Source: Bacteroidota bacterium
GTDB lineage: Bacteria > Bacteroidota > Bacteroidia > Bacteroidales > UBA1715
Length of the DNA: 64,000 bases
Direction of reading: 5' to 3'
Assembly (NCBI GenBank): GCA_009786075.1
Contig: WQTX01000006.1
Location: 99-64,098, forward strand
In this document: positions 10,739 to 20,637 of the stretch, in pieces
Numbering within the stretch: position 1 is the first letter of the stretch
Layout: the number at the start of each line of letters is the position of its first letter
Notes under the pieces: model-generated
Database searches by the model: none
Seen by the model: the letters and a program-made list of their open reading frames with translations, nothing else
Told to the model about the DNA's origin: nothing
Made by a program: the position numbers and the translations under genes

Positions 10739-12829
10739 ATGATACGTAAATACCTGATTTCATTGTTTTTACTGATTTTTACAGTTTCTTTTGCCACGTT
10801 TGCACAAGAAGATTTATCGAAATTAAGTGCCGGTAAATTGAAAAAAACAGGAGCTAGTTTATATGCAAAAGGTGATGTTTTTGGCGCAATTCGTCATTAC
10901 GAAGAATTGTTACGAAAAAAAGATGACTATGCAGTCATGTTTCTTCTTGCCGATGCGTACCACACAGCCCGTAATTATCCAATGGCGCAATATTGGTACA
11001 ACAAAGCCTACAAAGCCAATCCTAAAAAGAATGCGAGAGCTTTGTATCATTATGCCGCTATGCTAAAAACAGCTTCGCAGTATGAAGATGCAAGTGCGCA
11101 GTTTAAAGTATTCAAAAAAGAATACGACGTGAAGAAGTTCAAAGATGGGGCGCAATACCAGAAATTGGTGAAGAATCAAATTGCATCAATTGATACGGCA
11201 ATCAAAGCACAGGCAAATCCAAGGCAAGTGCGAGTAACGAATGTAGGCAACAATATCAATTCTCCTATGTCGGAATATATGCCGATATATCTTACGCCAA
11301 CGTCGTTTATTTACGCTACCCGTATATTCGATACTTTGAATTTTGCTCTTTCGTCGCAACCACCAACATTTAATACCGCAGTGAAATACGGTACCAATTG
11401 GTTGAACAATGGCGATTGGGAATTTAAACCCGACGGCGAAACGGTAAATATTAATCATGGTTCGTTCTCGCCCGACTTCCAACGCTTTTATTTTACTCAA
11501 TGTACACGCGATAAAAAGCATAAGGAAACTTGTAAATTATATGTATCGAAAAATGTGTTCGGAGCATGGCAAAAACCCGAAGAATTACCTGCATTTATCA
11601 ATCTTAAAGGTTCATCAGTTATACAAGTTGGCGTAGGTAACGAATCGAAAAAAGGCGATGAGGTACTGTATTTTGTAACCAATCGCCCGGGTGGGCAAGG
11701 TGGATTTGATATTTGGTACACTATATTTATGCCGAAATCGAACGCATGGCGAGAACCCAAAAACTGCGGTAATAAAATAAATACAGCCGGCGATGAAATA
11801 ACTCCTTACTATGATGTTACATCAAGAGCATTGTATTTCAGTTCAAGTGGCTGGCCCGGTCAAGGCGAATTTGATATATTTAAAGCAAACGGCGAACTTG
11901 GAAAGTGGACTGCTGCCGAAAACTTGGGTGCGCCTATCAACACTCCTTTCGACGATTATTATTTCAGTACAACTACCGATGGCAAAGAAGGTTTGTTTGC
12001 ATCGAACCGTCCGGGTAGCCAATCTGCCGGTTGGGAAGGTTGCTGCGACGATATTTACCATGTAAATTTTGCAAATGTTTTCGATATTCCTGTTGTAGGA
12101 CGTGTGTATGAAGTAGAAGACCGTGATATTTTTAATATTATCAGAACCCACTTTGAGGCGGACGATGCATCGGAAGAAATTCGTTTCTTAGCCGGAAGTA
12201 CTGTCTCATTATTTATTGGGAACAGTAACGAAAAAGTGTTTCTTGCAAGCACAAAAACCGACAAAAACGGACGATTTGAATTTGTGGTAGAGCCAAACCG
12301 TCATTATGTGCTGCAATTTGAAAATGCCCGGACTGGTACTGCGCTTATGGCGCTTTCGACACAAGGTATAGAAACTGCCGATACTATCTTTTTGAAAGAT
12401 TATGGTGTTAATTACATAACCAGAACACAACCATTTGTTTCCAAAAACATTTATTATGAATTTGGTAAATACAAACTTACCAACGAACAACGCCAAATTA
12501 TTGATACATCAATTGTAGCTTTATTGCGTACGGCTCCCGACATTATTGTAGAACTTCGCAGTCATACCGACAATATTGGTGGCGAGGATTTCAATATGAA
12601 ACTTTCACAACGCCGTGCAAACGAAATTATTAACTATGTTATAAAACAAGGTATTTCGCCGGCACGTATTTCCGGTAAAGGGTTTGGATTTTCGGTTCCA
12701 ATAGCACCGAATAACCGTCCCGACGGTAGCGACTTCCCCGAAGGGCGGGCTAAAAATCGCCGAACTGAAATACAGGTTATCGGCACTGTTTCGGGCAGTA
12801 GTTCCGGTGGCGACGATTATGATGATTAA
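10739..12829 (+). CDS. PorE-like TPR/PD40/OmpA-domain protein, paralog of the upstream gene
   Basis: Same architecture; shares segments with 8547..10649 such as FKA(T/N)GELGKW, CCDD and NRRTE. Confidence 0.88.
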   Translation: MIRKYLISLFLLIFTVSFATFAQEDLSKLSAGKLKKTGASLYAKGDVFGAIRHYEELLRKKDDYAVMFLLADAYHTARNYPMAQYWYNKAYKANPKKNARALYHYAAMLKTASQYEDASAQFKVFKKEYDVKKFKDGAQYQKLVKNQIASIDTAIKAQANPRQVRVTNVGNNINSPMSEYMPIYLTPTSFIYATRIFDTLNFALSSQPPTFNTAVKYGTNWLNNGDWEFKPDGETVNINHGSFSPDFQRFYFTQCTRDKKHKETCKLYVSKNVFGAWQKPEELPAFINLKGSSVIQVGVGNESKKGDEVLYFVTNRPGGQGGFDIWYTIFMPKSNAWREPKNCGNKINTAGDEITPYYDVTSRALYFSSSGWPGQGEFDIFKANGELGKWTAAENLGAPINTPFDDYYFSTTTDGKEGLFASNRPGSQSAGWEGCCDDIYHVNFANVFDIPVVGRVYEVEDRDIFNIIRTHFEADDASEEIRFLAGSTVSLFIGNSNEKVFLASTKTDKNGRFEFVVEPNRHYVLQFENARTGTALMALSTQGIETADTIFLKDYGVNYITRTQPFVSKNIYYEFGKYKLTNEQRQIIDTSIVALLRTAPDIIVELRSHTDNIGGEDFNMKLSQRRANEIINYVIKQGISPARISGKGFGFSVPIAPNNRPDGSDFPEGRAKNRRTEIQVIGTVSGSSSGGDDYDD

Positions 12830-12830
12830 A

Positions 12831-12864
12831 AAAAATCCCTTGCAATTCGCAAGGGATTTTTTTT
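12831..12864 (+). terminator. Intrinsic terminator (bidirectional type)
   Basis: AAAAATCCCTTGC-AATTC-GCAAGGGATTTTTTTT hairpin directly after the stop codon. Confidence 0.8.
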
Positions 12865-12879
12865 GGCACGGCTTTTGTA
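12864..12879 (+). promoter_or_regulatory. Possible sigma54-type promoter
   Basis: TGGCAC-N5-TTGT resembles the -24/-12 consensus TGGCAC-N5-TTGC, about 50 nt upstream of ATG 12931. Confidence 0.35.
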
Positions 12880-12930
12880 ATACTGATTAAAAAACAATAA
12901 TACAAATCAAAAGTATAGGAGATTTTAGTC

Positions 12931-13497
12931 ATGAAAACACGTATGTTAATCTTTGCAATTACATTCTGCTCAGTTCAAATGTTCGCATCAGAAATTATTT
13001 TTACTTCCAACAGTTCAAAACCTTTTCAAATCGTAATCGACAATTATTGCTACACTTCTGTAAATGGAATGATAGCTATAAACAATGTAAATTCAGGCAC
13101 TTACAGAGTGCAAATAGCAAGCAATCCGAATATGTTCGGCGAATTTAGAACTATCAATTATCAAACTATTCACGTAAATCCGTTCACTCGCACATTTTGC
13201 GAAGTAAATACCTTTGGCGCAATGAATATTGCCTACATTGAAGCGCTTCGTCCATCGTCAAATATGTATGTAACAGTTCATTTACATCGTCCGCCGGTAC
13301 ACAGAATAGTATATTCTCAACCAACACACCGCCATGCCCACGTAAATCACGCTGTGAATTCACGACCTGTTCCGGTACAAGCAGTTAATTCACGACCAGC
13401 CCCTACTCAAACAGTTACTTCTCGTCCGGCACCTGCACAAGCTACCGCTTCTCGTCCGGCAAGCAGCGTAACGTATGGACCCCGTAATGGTAGATAA
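12931..13497 (+). CDS. Exported hypothetical protein with low-complexity 9-aa repeat tail
   Basis: Signal peptide, beta-rich N-terminal domain, C-terminal (N/T/A)SRP(V/A)PxQxV repeats. Confidence 0.7.
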   Translation: MKTRMLIFAITFCSVQMFASEIIFTSNSSKPFQIVIDNYCYTSVNGMIAINNVNSGTYRVQIASNPNMFGEFRTINYQTIHVNPFTRTFCEVNTFGAMNIAYIEALRPSSNMYVTVHLHRPPVHRIVYSQPTHRHAHVNHAVNSRPVPVQAVNSRPAPTQTVTSRPAPAQATASRPASSVTYGPRNGR

Positions 13498-13580
13498 TTC
13501 AATGAATAACACATAATTAACGACTAACCATTAATCACTAACCACTAATCACTAAAAAAAATACCCAATCTTTCGCAACG

Positions 13581-13624
13581 CCCCCCATGCTTTGTATTCG
13601 CAACCAAAGCGTGGGGATTTTTTT
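13581..13624 (+). terminator. Intrinsic terminator
   Basis: CCCCATGCTTTG...CAAAGCGTGGGG followed by a T run. Confidence 0.65.
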
Positions 13625-13646
13625 GTTTTTGCACCTTACATAAGCC

Positions 13647-13672
13647 GTCATTCCTGCCTACGCAGGAATGAC
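13647..13672. repeat. REP-like palindrome, GTCATTCCTGC family
   Basis: GTCATTCCTGCCTACGCAGGAATGAC, near-identical to the arms at 23861-23936. Confidence 0.8.
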
Positions 13673-13698
13673 AGAAAACATTTTTCAATGTGCCTTTT

Positions 13699-14568
13699 TT
13701 ATTTGCGAACGTCAAAGCCTAATTGCAGCTTATTGCGCAGGATTTCAAAAAAATTCATATCGTTGAATTGTACGGTAAAAATATCGAAAGGCGATTTTTT
13801 GATAAGCATTTTGGGTAATATTTCTACTTGTTCCGACAGATAATCACCCGAAATAAAAAAGTCGGTAAATTCGCCGTGAGCTTCAATTTCAATTACGCTA
13901 TTATCGGGAATTATAATGGGGCGCACCGTGAGCGAATGTGGTGCAATAGGTACAATTGCCAGCGTGTTGCTTTCGGGCGTTATAATTGGTCCGCCCAAAC
14001 TGAGTGCATATCCGGTGGAGCCGGTAGGAGTGGAAATAATAATACCATCTGCCCAAAATGAATACACAGGCACACCGTTTATGGAAAGTTTTAAACGAAT
14101 GAGTTTCAGGTTGTTGCTTTTTTGTATGGTTATTTCGTTCAGTGCCATGCCTTGTATGGTAGGCGTGCTTTCCGAAACGTAATTGAGCACTGTGCGAGTA
14201 CAAATTGAAAACTGTTTTTTCTCTAATTTTTCTACATAGTCCAGTATTTTTTCGGGCATCACATCGGCTAAAAATCCGAGTTTGCCAAAATTAATTCCCA
14301 ACAATAGAGTTTCGTATTTGTAGAAAAAATGAGCGCATTTCAAAAACGTGCCGTCGCCACCCAAACTGAATACAAAATCAACCGGCATATCGCTTGCCGT
14401 ACTGTATTCGATGCAATCAAAAGTTTTAAAGCCTTTGGCGCGTAGTTTTTTTGCAAATTCATGGTAAATAGATATTGTATGCGGCGTGCTGGTAAGCGTT
14501 TTTATAACCGCTTCTATTTCGGGATAATAATCTTCGACAATGCCAAATCCAAAAAGTGCAATATTCAT
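13699..14568 (-). CDS. nadK: NAD kinase
   Basis: SLGGDGTFL, GINFGKLGFL, ALNE, ADGIIISTPTGSTGYALSLGGP. Confidence 0.95.
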   Translation of the reverse strand: MNIALFGFGIVEDYYPEIEAVIKTLTSTPHTISIYHEFAKKLRAKGFKTFDCIEYSTASDMPVDFVFSLGGDGTFLKCAHFFYKYETLLLGINFGKLGFLADVMPEKILDYVEKLEKKQFSICTRTVLNYVSESTPTIQGMALNEITIQKSNNLKLIRLKLSINGVPVYSFWADGIIISTPTGSTGYALSLGGPIITPESNTLAIVPIAPHSLTVRPIIIPDNSVIEIEAHGEFTDFFISGDYLSEQVEILPKMLIKKSPFDIFTVQFNDMNFFEILRNKLQLGFDVRK

Positions 14569-14649
14569 GTTTGTAGGTTTTAGGGAACGAGGAGTTTAGG
14601 AAACTAAGGTAAAAATAGTAAAAGAGTTGAGAAAAAAGCTAAAATGTGA

Positions 14650-16446
14650 TTATTTTTTCTTTGTTCTTTTTTTCTTCACAACCGGTTTAAACACAAAGTT
14701 TTGTTCAAACGATTGTGGCAAAGATATATCTTTTATATCGAGTTGCAAAGTGGTTTTTCCGTTAAACGTATTTATGGTAAGCGAAAAACAAATATCAATT
14801 CCTTGCGAAAGTGAATGATTTTGCAGCTGTTCCCATTTATGCGCCAAGCCAAAAGCAATTCCATCGACATCGTCGGGCAAGTTTTCGAAATGGAATTTTA
14901 CGTGAGTGCGGTCATTTCCTATAATTCGCGTTCGTTCGCCAACCGGCATATTGCGCATTACAAACACCGGACGCATATTTTTTGGTCCAAAGGGTGCTAA
15001 GCGCAATTTTTGTTCATACAAATCCATGGTAATATCAGCCGGTGTAAGTTCGGCATCAATCAATATGCTTGGCTGTAATTGTTCGGGCGTAATTGTCCGG
15101 GCAACTACGGTTTCAAATGTTTGAATAAATTCTTCCAAATTCTCTTTTCTCAAAGTCAATCCGGCTGCGTATTTGTGCCCACCAAAATTTGTGAGCAAAT
15201 GCGAACATTGGTCAATAGCTTGATACAAATCGAATCCATGCACCGAACGTGCCGAAGCACAAATTACATCGCCGTCGCCGCAAAATACCACGCTTGGTTT
15301 GTAGTGGTGTTCCACAATTCTCGAAGCCACAATCCCAATCACGCCTTTGTGCCATTCGGGAGCATACACCACGCAGGTATATTTTTCGTGCATCGGGTCA
15401 ATTGTTTCAATATTGTATAAAGCATTTTTGGTAATTTCTGTATCTATTTCTTTGCGCTCTTTGTTGTATACCTCTATATCTTTGCAAATTTCGTATGCTT
15501 CACATGCGTTCTCGCAGAGCAATAATTCTACCACTGTTTTAGCATGGCGTATTCGTCCGGCGGCATTAATTCGCGGGCTGATTTTAAACACCACATCGGA
15601 AACCGTAACTTTTGTTTTAAACACGCCGGCACTGTCCAAAATTGTCCGCAAAGCAAGCGTGGGTTTTTCCTGCATTTTCCACAAACCGTTGAACATAAAA
15701 ATGCGGTTTTCGTCAACCACAGGCACTATATCGGCAGCTATGCTCAACGCCAAAATATCTAAATAACAAAACAAATATTCTTTGAGTGGCAAGTTATTTT
15801 CTATGCACAACGCATGAATTAACTTAAAGCCCACACCGCAACCCGACAATTCTTTGAACGGGTAATTGCAATCTTTTTGTTTGGGATTTAAAATTGCCAA
15901 GGCATCGGGTACAACTTCGCCAACTTCGTGGTGGTCGCACACAATAACATCTATGCCGTGAGTTCGTGCCTGTGCAATAGTTTCTATTGCCTTTATGCCG
16001 CAATCCAAAGTTATAATTAAATCCACACCTTTTTGCACAGCCCACGTTATACCTTGCTGTGAAACTCCGTAGCCTTCTTTTTCCCTGTCGGGAACGTAAA
16101 AATACAAATTACCAATACCCAAACATCGCAGGAACGAATACACAATGGAAACCGCCGTAGTACCGTCCACATCGTAATCGCCATACACCAAAATAGTTTG
16201 CTTTTTTTCTATCGCCTCGCAAATTCTATCAACGGCTTTGCGCATATCTTTCATCAAAAACGGATTGTAAATTTCCGGTAATGATTGTTTGAGGTTCAAA
16301 AATTTTTGAGCGTTTTCAACTGTTTTTACATCACGCAGCACCAATAATTGGGCAATTATAGGCGAAATATTCAGCTTTTCTGCTAAATCCTGTATGAGTA
16401 TGCGTGAATTTTGGCATGGTTTTATGCGCCATGTGTGGTGTTTCAT
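14650..16446 (-). CDS. recJ: Single-stranded-DNA exonuclease RecJ
   Basis: YGDYDVDG, DCGI, DHH, PRINAAGR, GGHKYAAG motifs; start placed at the second Met, which overlaps the Fic stop as ATGA. Confidence 0.95.
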   Translation of the reverse strand: MKHHTWRIKPCQNSRILIQDLAEKLNISPIIAQLLVLRDVKTVENAQKFLNLKQSLPEIYNPFLMKDMRKAVDRICEAIEKKQTILVYGDYDVDGTTAVSIVYSFLRCLGIGNLYFYVPDREKEGYGVSQQGITWAVQKGVDLIITLDCGIKAIETIAQARTHGIDVIVCDHHEVGEVVPDALAILNPKQKDCNYPFKELSGCGVGFKLIHALCIENNLPLKEYLFCYLDILALSIAADIVPVVDENRIFMFNGLWKMQEKPTLALRTILDSAGVFKTKVTVSDVVFKISPRINAAGRIRHAKTVVELLLCENACEAYEICKDIEVYNKERKEIDTEITKNALYNIETIDPMHEKYTCVVYAPEWHKGVIGIVASRIVEHHYKPSVVFCGDGDVICASARSVHGFDLYQAIDQCSHLLTNFGGHKYAAGLTLRKENLEEFIQTFETVVARTITPEQLQPSILIDAELTPADITMDLYEQKLRLAPFGPKNMRPVFVMRNMPVGERTRIIGNDRTHVKFHFENLPDDVDGIAFGLAHKWEQLQNHSLSQGIDICFSLTINTFNGKTTLQLDIKDISLPQSFEQNFVFKPVVKKKRTKKK

Positions 16447-17534
16447 TTGCTTTGTCCTCCGTTTTCTATGATTTGCCAAAAGCCATCTCTTTTCCCATTT
16501 ACTCGTTCTAATAAATTTTTATTCTGCAAATTAGAGGTAATTGTTTTTACCGTTCTTTCCGATTTTTGTATATGCAAAGCAATCTCCTTTTGCGTTGCTT
16601 TAGGATTATCTTTTAAAAATTCTAACACAAAATGTTCTTCCAAAGTGCAATTCAAAGTGCAAAATTTGCTCTTTGGAATTTCGTTTTCGGCAGTTTTTGC
16701 ACTTTGAAAATCTGCCTTCTCTTTCCAATCCACTCTCAAATACCTGTTTTTCAACTCATTTTTTTCGCCAAACAATAAATTTCCAAAAAACAGCATCAAA
16801 TATTCTGTAGTTGCGTGAATATTATTTGTCCAATCGTTGTAATTAGCCCGCACAAGCGCATTACGAAAATACCACGAATGCTGGGCAAAAGGCGTATTGT
16901 CGATTTTAAAACCAAAAGAGCGCAAATATTTTATTGCAAAAACGGCAGTTGTGCGCGTGTTTCCTTCGCCAAAAGCGTGAATTTGCCATACACCCGAAAT
17001 AAATTTCACAATACGCCGAATGGACTGATGAAAGTCGGCATTTTTGTAATCATACTGTTTTTCTTGATTAAAGTCGTAATCAAGCGTAGCACTAATTTGT
17101 GGCGCATTGGCATAAAGCACCGATTTTCCATTCAATACCCATTCTGCCTTACTTATATTGTAATCACGAATTTTTCCTGCAAACTTGTAAATACCCGTAA
17201 AAAGTTGCCTGTGAATGGCAATATATTCTAACGGCGAGAAAGAAAACGTTTCGTTTGACAGGATTTTAACAATGCGAGCGGAAACCGTATCGGCTTCTTC
17301 GGTGCGGTCGTCATCATCGGTTCTTACGGTTTTTGTTTTGTAATAACTGTCTATGCGATATTGCACTTCATCAATAGTAATATCGCCCTCAATGTTTTGT
17401 ATGGCAGTTTGAATAAGATATTCCGACGGTTTCAAGCCATCGACCTGCTGTAAGCCGATAGCCGTTTGCCAAATAAAGCCCTTCTCTTTTTTGTCGGGCT
17501 CGGTTTGCCTTACGTATTCTTCAAAATCAATCAT
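16443..17534 (-). CDS. Fic family protein with VbhA-like N-terminus and C-terminal HTH
   Basis: Fic motif HAFGEGNTRTT; N-terminal WQTAIGLQQVDGLKPS; C-terminal winged HTH (ATQKEIA...SERTVK...GFW). Confidence 0.88.
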   Translation of the reverse strand: MIDFEEYVRQTEPDKKEKGFIWQTAIGLQQVDGLKPSEYLIQTAIQNIEGDITIDEVQYRIDSYYKTKTVRTDDDDRTEEADTVSARIVKILSNETFSFSPLEYIAIHRQLFTGIYKFAGKIRDYNISKAEWVLNGKSVLYANAPQISATLDYDFNQEKQYDYKNADFHQSIRRIVKFISGVWQIHAFGEGNTRTTAVFAIKYLRSFGFKIDNTPFAQHSWYFRNALVRANYNDWTNNIHATTEYLMLFFGNLLFGEKNELKNRYLRVDWKEKADFQSAKTAENEIPKSKFCTLNCTLEEHFVLEFLKDNPKATQKEIALHIQKSERTVKTITSNLQNKNLLERVNGKRDGFWQIIENGGQSK

Positions 17535-17546
17535 AATGATTTATTT

Positions 17547-19235
17547 TTACACCTTCGCATCTTTTTTCCGGATTTCATTCCGGCGAATTTTCCCTGAAAC
17601 GGTTTTCGGCAATTCTTCCACAAATTCCACTATACGAGGATATTTATAAGGAGCTGTTACTGCCTTCACGTGGTTTTGCAACTCTTTTTTCAATTCTTCC
17701 GAGGGCGAAAATGTTTTTGCCAACACAATTGTTGCCTTCACCACCTGTCCGCGCATAGGGTCTTCGGCGGCAGTTACCGCACATTCCAGCACCGACGGGT
17801 GTTCCAGCAGCGCATTTTCCACCTCAAAAGGACCAATTCGATAGCCCGAACATTTGATAACATCGTCGCTTCTGCCCACAAACCAAAAATAGCCGTCGGC
17901 ATCGCACCAAGCCATATCGCCTGTTTTGTAAATTCCTTTTTCTCTATTCCAGCAGGCGCGGGTGGTTTCTTCGTCTAAATAATATTCTTTAAACAATCCT
18001 GTGGGGTGTTTTTCGTTTATTCCCGTAACCGAAATCACGCCAATATCGCCTTTTTCACATTCATGGTCGTGGTCGTCTAAAAGTTTAATTCCGTACAGCG
18101 GCGCAGGTTTTCCCATTGAGCCGGGGCGCACTTCGTACCAACCAAAATTTGCCAACAGCACCGAACCTTCCGATTGTCCGAAACCTTCGTGAATTGCCAA
18201 TCCGGTTTTTTGCTGAATTTGATGATACACTTCGGGATTCAGCGGTTCGCCTGCCACACTTGCGTGTTGAATAAAACTAAAATCCACGCCCGACAAATCT
18301 TCTTTAATCAAATAGCGGTAAATGGTAGCAGGCGCACAAAATGTTGTAGGACGTATAATTCCTATGGCTTTGAGCATCAACGCCGGAACAAATTTTTCGG
18401 TATCGTAAGCACCAATTGCCGCTCCGCAAATCCACTGTCCGTAAATTTTGCCCCACGCAAATTTCGCCCAGCCGCTATCGGTTTGTGTCCAATGTATGGT
18501 ATTATTTTGCACGTGTTGCCAATAAAGTGCCGTTACAATGTGCCCCAACGCCAGCGTGTGGTCGTGTAGCGCCATTTTGGGCATTCCCGAAGTTCCCGAT
18601 GAAAAATAAATCAACGACGCTTCGTCGGATTTGTTCTCAATTCGTTCCAAACACGGGGAAGCCTGCGCTATTTCCTTCTGAAAATCTATGTAACCTTGCG
18701 GCAATTCTTTTGGGCTTTTTGTAAGCGTATCGCCCACTGTGGCAATGGTTTGCAAAGTTTCGCATTCTTCTTTTGCCTTTTGAATGTAACCAAGCAATTC
18801 ATTGTCGTCCACGGTTACAATCATTTTTATATGTGCCAAATTGCAACGGTAAACTATATCTTTCGTGGTTAATTGATAGGTAGCCGGAATACAAATTGCG
18901 CCAATTTTGCACAATGCAGTCATGCACCACCATACTTCGGGACGTTGTTTTAAAATCAACATCACCACATCGCCTTTTTTTATGCCGAGTTTTAGGAAGG
19001 CATTTGCCGCTCTGTCCGACAATTCTTTTGCTTCGGCAAAAGTGTAGCGTTTGGTTTCAAAGCGGTCGTCGCACCATAAAAGCGCCAATTTTTCAGGTTC
19101 TAATCGCGCCCATTCATCTACAATATCGTAACCGAAATTAAAGTTTTCAGGCACATTTACACTATAATTTTCTATAAAATCTTCATACGATGAAAATTCC
19201 ACTCTTGGCAAGTATTTTTTTACTAATTGATTCAT
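17547..19235 (-). CDS. Acyl/acetyl-CoA synthetase (AMP-binding)
   Basis: YFSSGTSGMPK, GFGQSE, TGD, GRSDDVIK, PKTVSGKI. Confidence 0.92.
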   Translation of the reverse strand: MNQLVKKYLPRVEFSSYEDFIENYSVNVPENFNFGYDIVDEWARLEPEKLALLWCDDRFETKRYTFAEAKELSDRAANAFLKLGIKKGDVVMLILKQRPEVWWCMTALCKIGAICIPATYQLTTKDIVYRCNLAHIKMIVTVDDNELLGYIQKAKEECETLQTIATVGDTLTKSPKELPQGYIDFQKEIAQASPCLERIENKSDEASLIYFSSGTSGMPKMALHDHTLALGHIVTALYWQHVQNNTIHWTQTDSGWAKFAWGKIYGQWICGAAIGAYDTEKFVPALMLKAIGIIRPTTFCAPATIYRYLIKEDLSGVDFSFIQHASVAGEPLNPEVYHQIQQKTGLAIHEGFGQSEGSVLLANFGWYEVRPGSMGKPAPLYGIKLLDDHDHECEKGDIGVISVTGINEKHPTGLFKEYYLDEETTRACWNREKGIYKTGDMAWCDADGYFWFVGRSDDVIKCSGYRIGPFEVENALLEHPSVLECAVTAAEDPMRGQVVKATIVLAKTFSPSEELKKELQNHVKAVTAPYKYPRIVEFVEELPKTVSGKIRRNEIRKKDAKV

Positions 19236-19249
19236 TTATTTTTCGTTTT

Positions 19250-19822
19250 TTACGATTTCCAAGTATGATTAACATCACAAATTACTGTCAAAAATGACGC
19301 AGGAGCATCAACTGCCTGTTGATTATGAGGCAATTGCGGGTCGAAATAAATAGAGTCGCCTTGATTTAGAATATATTCTTGTTTACCTAACTTAATTCTA
19401 ACTTTTCCGGAAAGAACGTAATTATATTCCTGTCCGGGGTGCATAGCCATTGCAGGCTCGGCATCGGTAGGCAACATTTCTACCACCAAAGGCTCCATAA
19501 TACGGTCGATAAAATTGTATGCCATAGCGGAATAAGCGTAACCCGGAAACCGCTCAACATTAACTCCTTCGCCGTGTCGTACTACCGTATGTGTGTCCAT
19601 TCGCGGCTCATCGCCCGTGAGCAACACTGTTGTATTTATGCCGAACAACGCAGCAATTTCAAACAATATCGAAATAGGAATATCGGTATTTCCTTTTTCA
19701 AAACTTTGGTATTCATCGAGTGAAATGTGGAGATGTGCCGCCACCGCTTCGGGCGTAAGTTCCAAAATTTCCCTCATCTCCTTTATTCGTTCGGGAATTT
19801 GATGTAATTCTTCTTTTATCAT
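19250..19822 (-). CDS. XRE-HTH/cupin transcriptional regulator
   Basis: N-terminal HTH, C-terminal cupin (HPGQEYNYV...PH); usual partner of this synthetase. Confidence 0.9.
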   Translation of the reverse strand: MIKEELHQIPERIKEMREILELTPEAVAAHLHISLDEYQSFEKGNTDIPISILFEIAALFGINTTVLLTGDEPRMDTHTVVRHGEGVNVERFPGYAYSAMAYNFIDRIMEPLVVEMLPTDAEPAMAMHPGQEYNYVLSGKVRIKLGKQEYILNQGDSIYFDPQLPHNQQAVDAPASFLTVICDVNHTWKS

Positions 19823-19836
19823 TTTTTTATAATTAT

Positions 19837-20598
19837 CTATTCAAGAAAATCCAACTTTTGAGCTTTCAACGATTGCGTTACTTCCCGCAAAGTATCGAAT
19901 TTTCCTACGTCAATCCAAAAATCATTCGTATGGTCAAAGGCATGTATTGTTTGTGTTTGCGCCAAACGCACATACATGTCAATAATCGAAAACGCTCCCT
20001 GTTCGGTAATGCAATCAAAAATGTGCGGCGAAAGTATTTGTATGCCGCTAAATGCTTGTTGGTGCAAACACCTGCAGTCTTTCGGACGGGAAAAAATGTG
20101 TTCATGAGTAATACAGTTTTCCCAACCACACAATTGTTGTTCTTCGTCGAACAACAAATAGCGTGATGTTTCCCGTTTGCTTACCGCAAGCGTTGCCAAG
20201 GCGTTGTGTGCACAGTGATTTTCGTACATCTGTGCCAAATCAATGCTACTGATTATATCAACATTGACAACAAAAAATGGTTTTGCAGTATCAAAAAAAT
20301 CCCGAGCTTTGAGTAGTCCGCCGCCGGTGTTCATCAATTGCTCGCTTTCGTCGGAAATGCTAATGTTTACGCCAAAATCATGCGTTCGCACAAAATCAAT
20401 AATTTGCTCCGAAAAGTGGTGTACATTAATAATAATATCGGACACACCATAAAATTTCAATTTGCGAATCGCATATTCGAGCAAACTCATTCCTTGAATT
20501 TCCACTAAGGCTTTGGGCATAGTAGCCGTCATTGGTTTTAGGCGCGAGCCCAAACCGGCGGCAAATATCATTGCTTTCACGTCCGATAGTGGTTTCAT
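19837..20598 (-). CDS. Sugar-phosphate nucleotidyltransferase (MurU-like)
   Basis: AMIFAAGLGSRLKP...PKALV, TGGG, VNVD, WIDVG. Confidence 0.85.
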   Translation of the reverse strand: MKPLSDVKAMIFAAGLGSRLKPMTATMPKALVEIQGMSLLEYAIRKLKFYGVSDIIINVHHFSEQIIDFVRTHDFGVNISISDESEQLMNTGGGLLKARDFFDTAKPFFVVNVDIISSIDLAQMYENHCAHNALATLAVSKRETSRYLLFDEEQQLCGWENCITHEHIFSRPKDCRCLHQQAFSGIQILSPHIFDCITEQGAFSIIDMYVRLAQTQTIHAFDHTNDFWIDVGKFDTLREVTQSLKAQKLDFLE

Positions 20599-20637
20599 TT
20601 GTTTACATGTTTACGTCGTTTTTATTTTAAATTCTTA

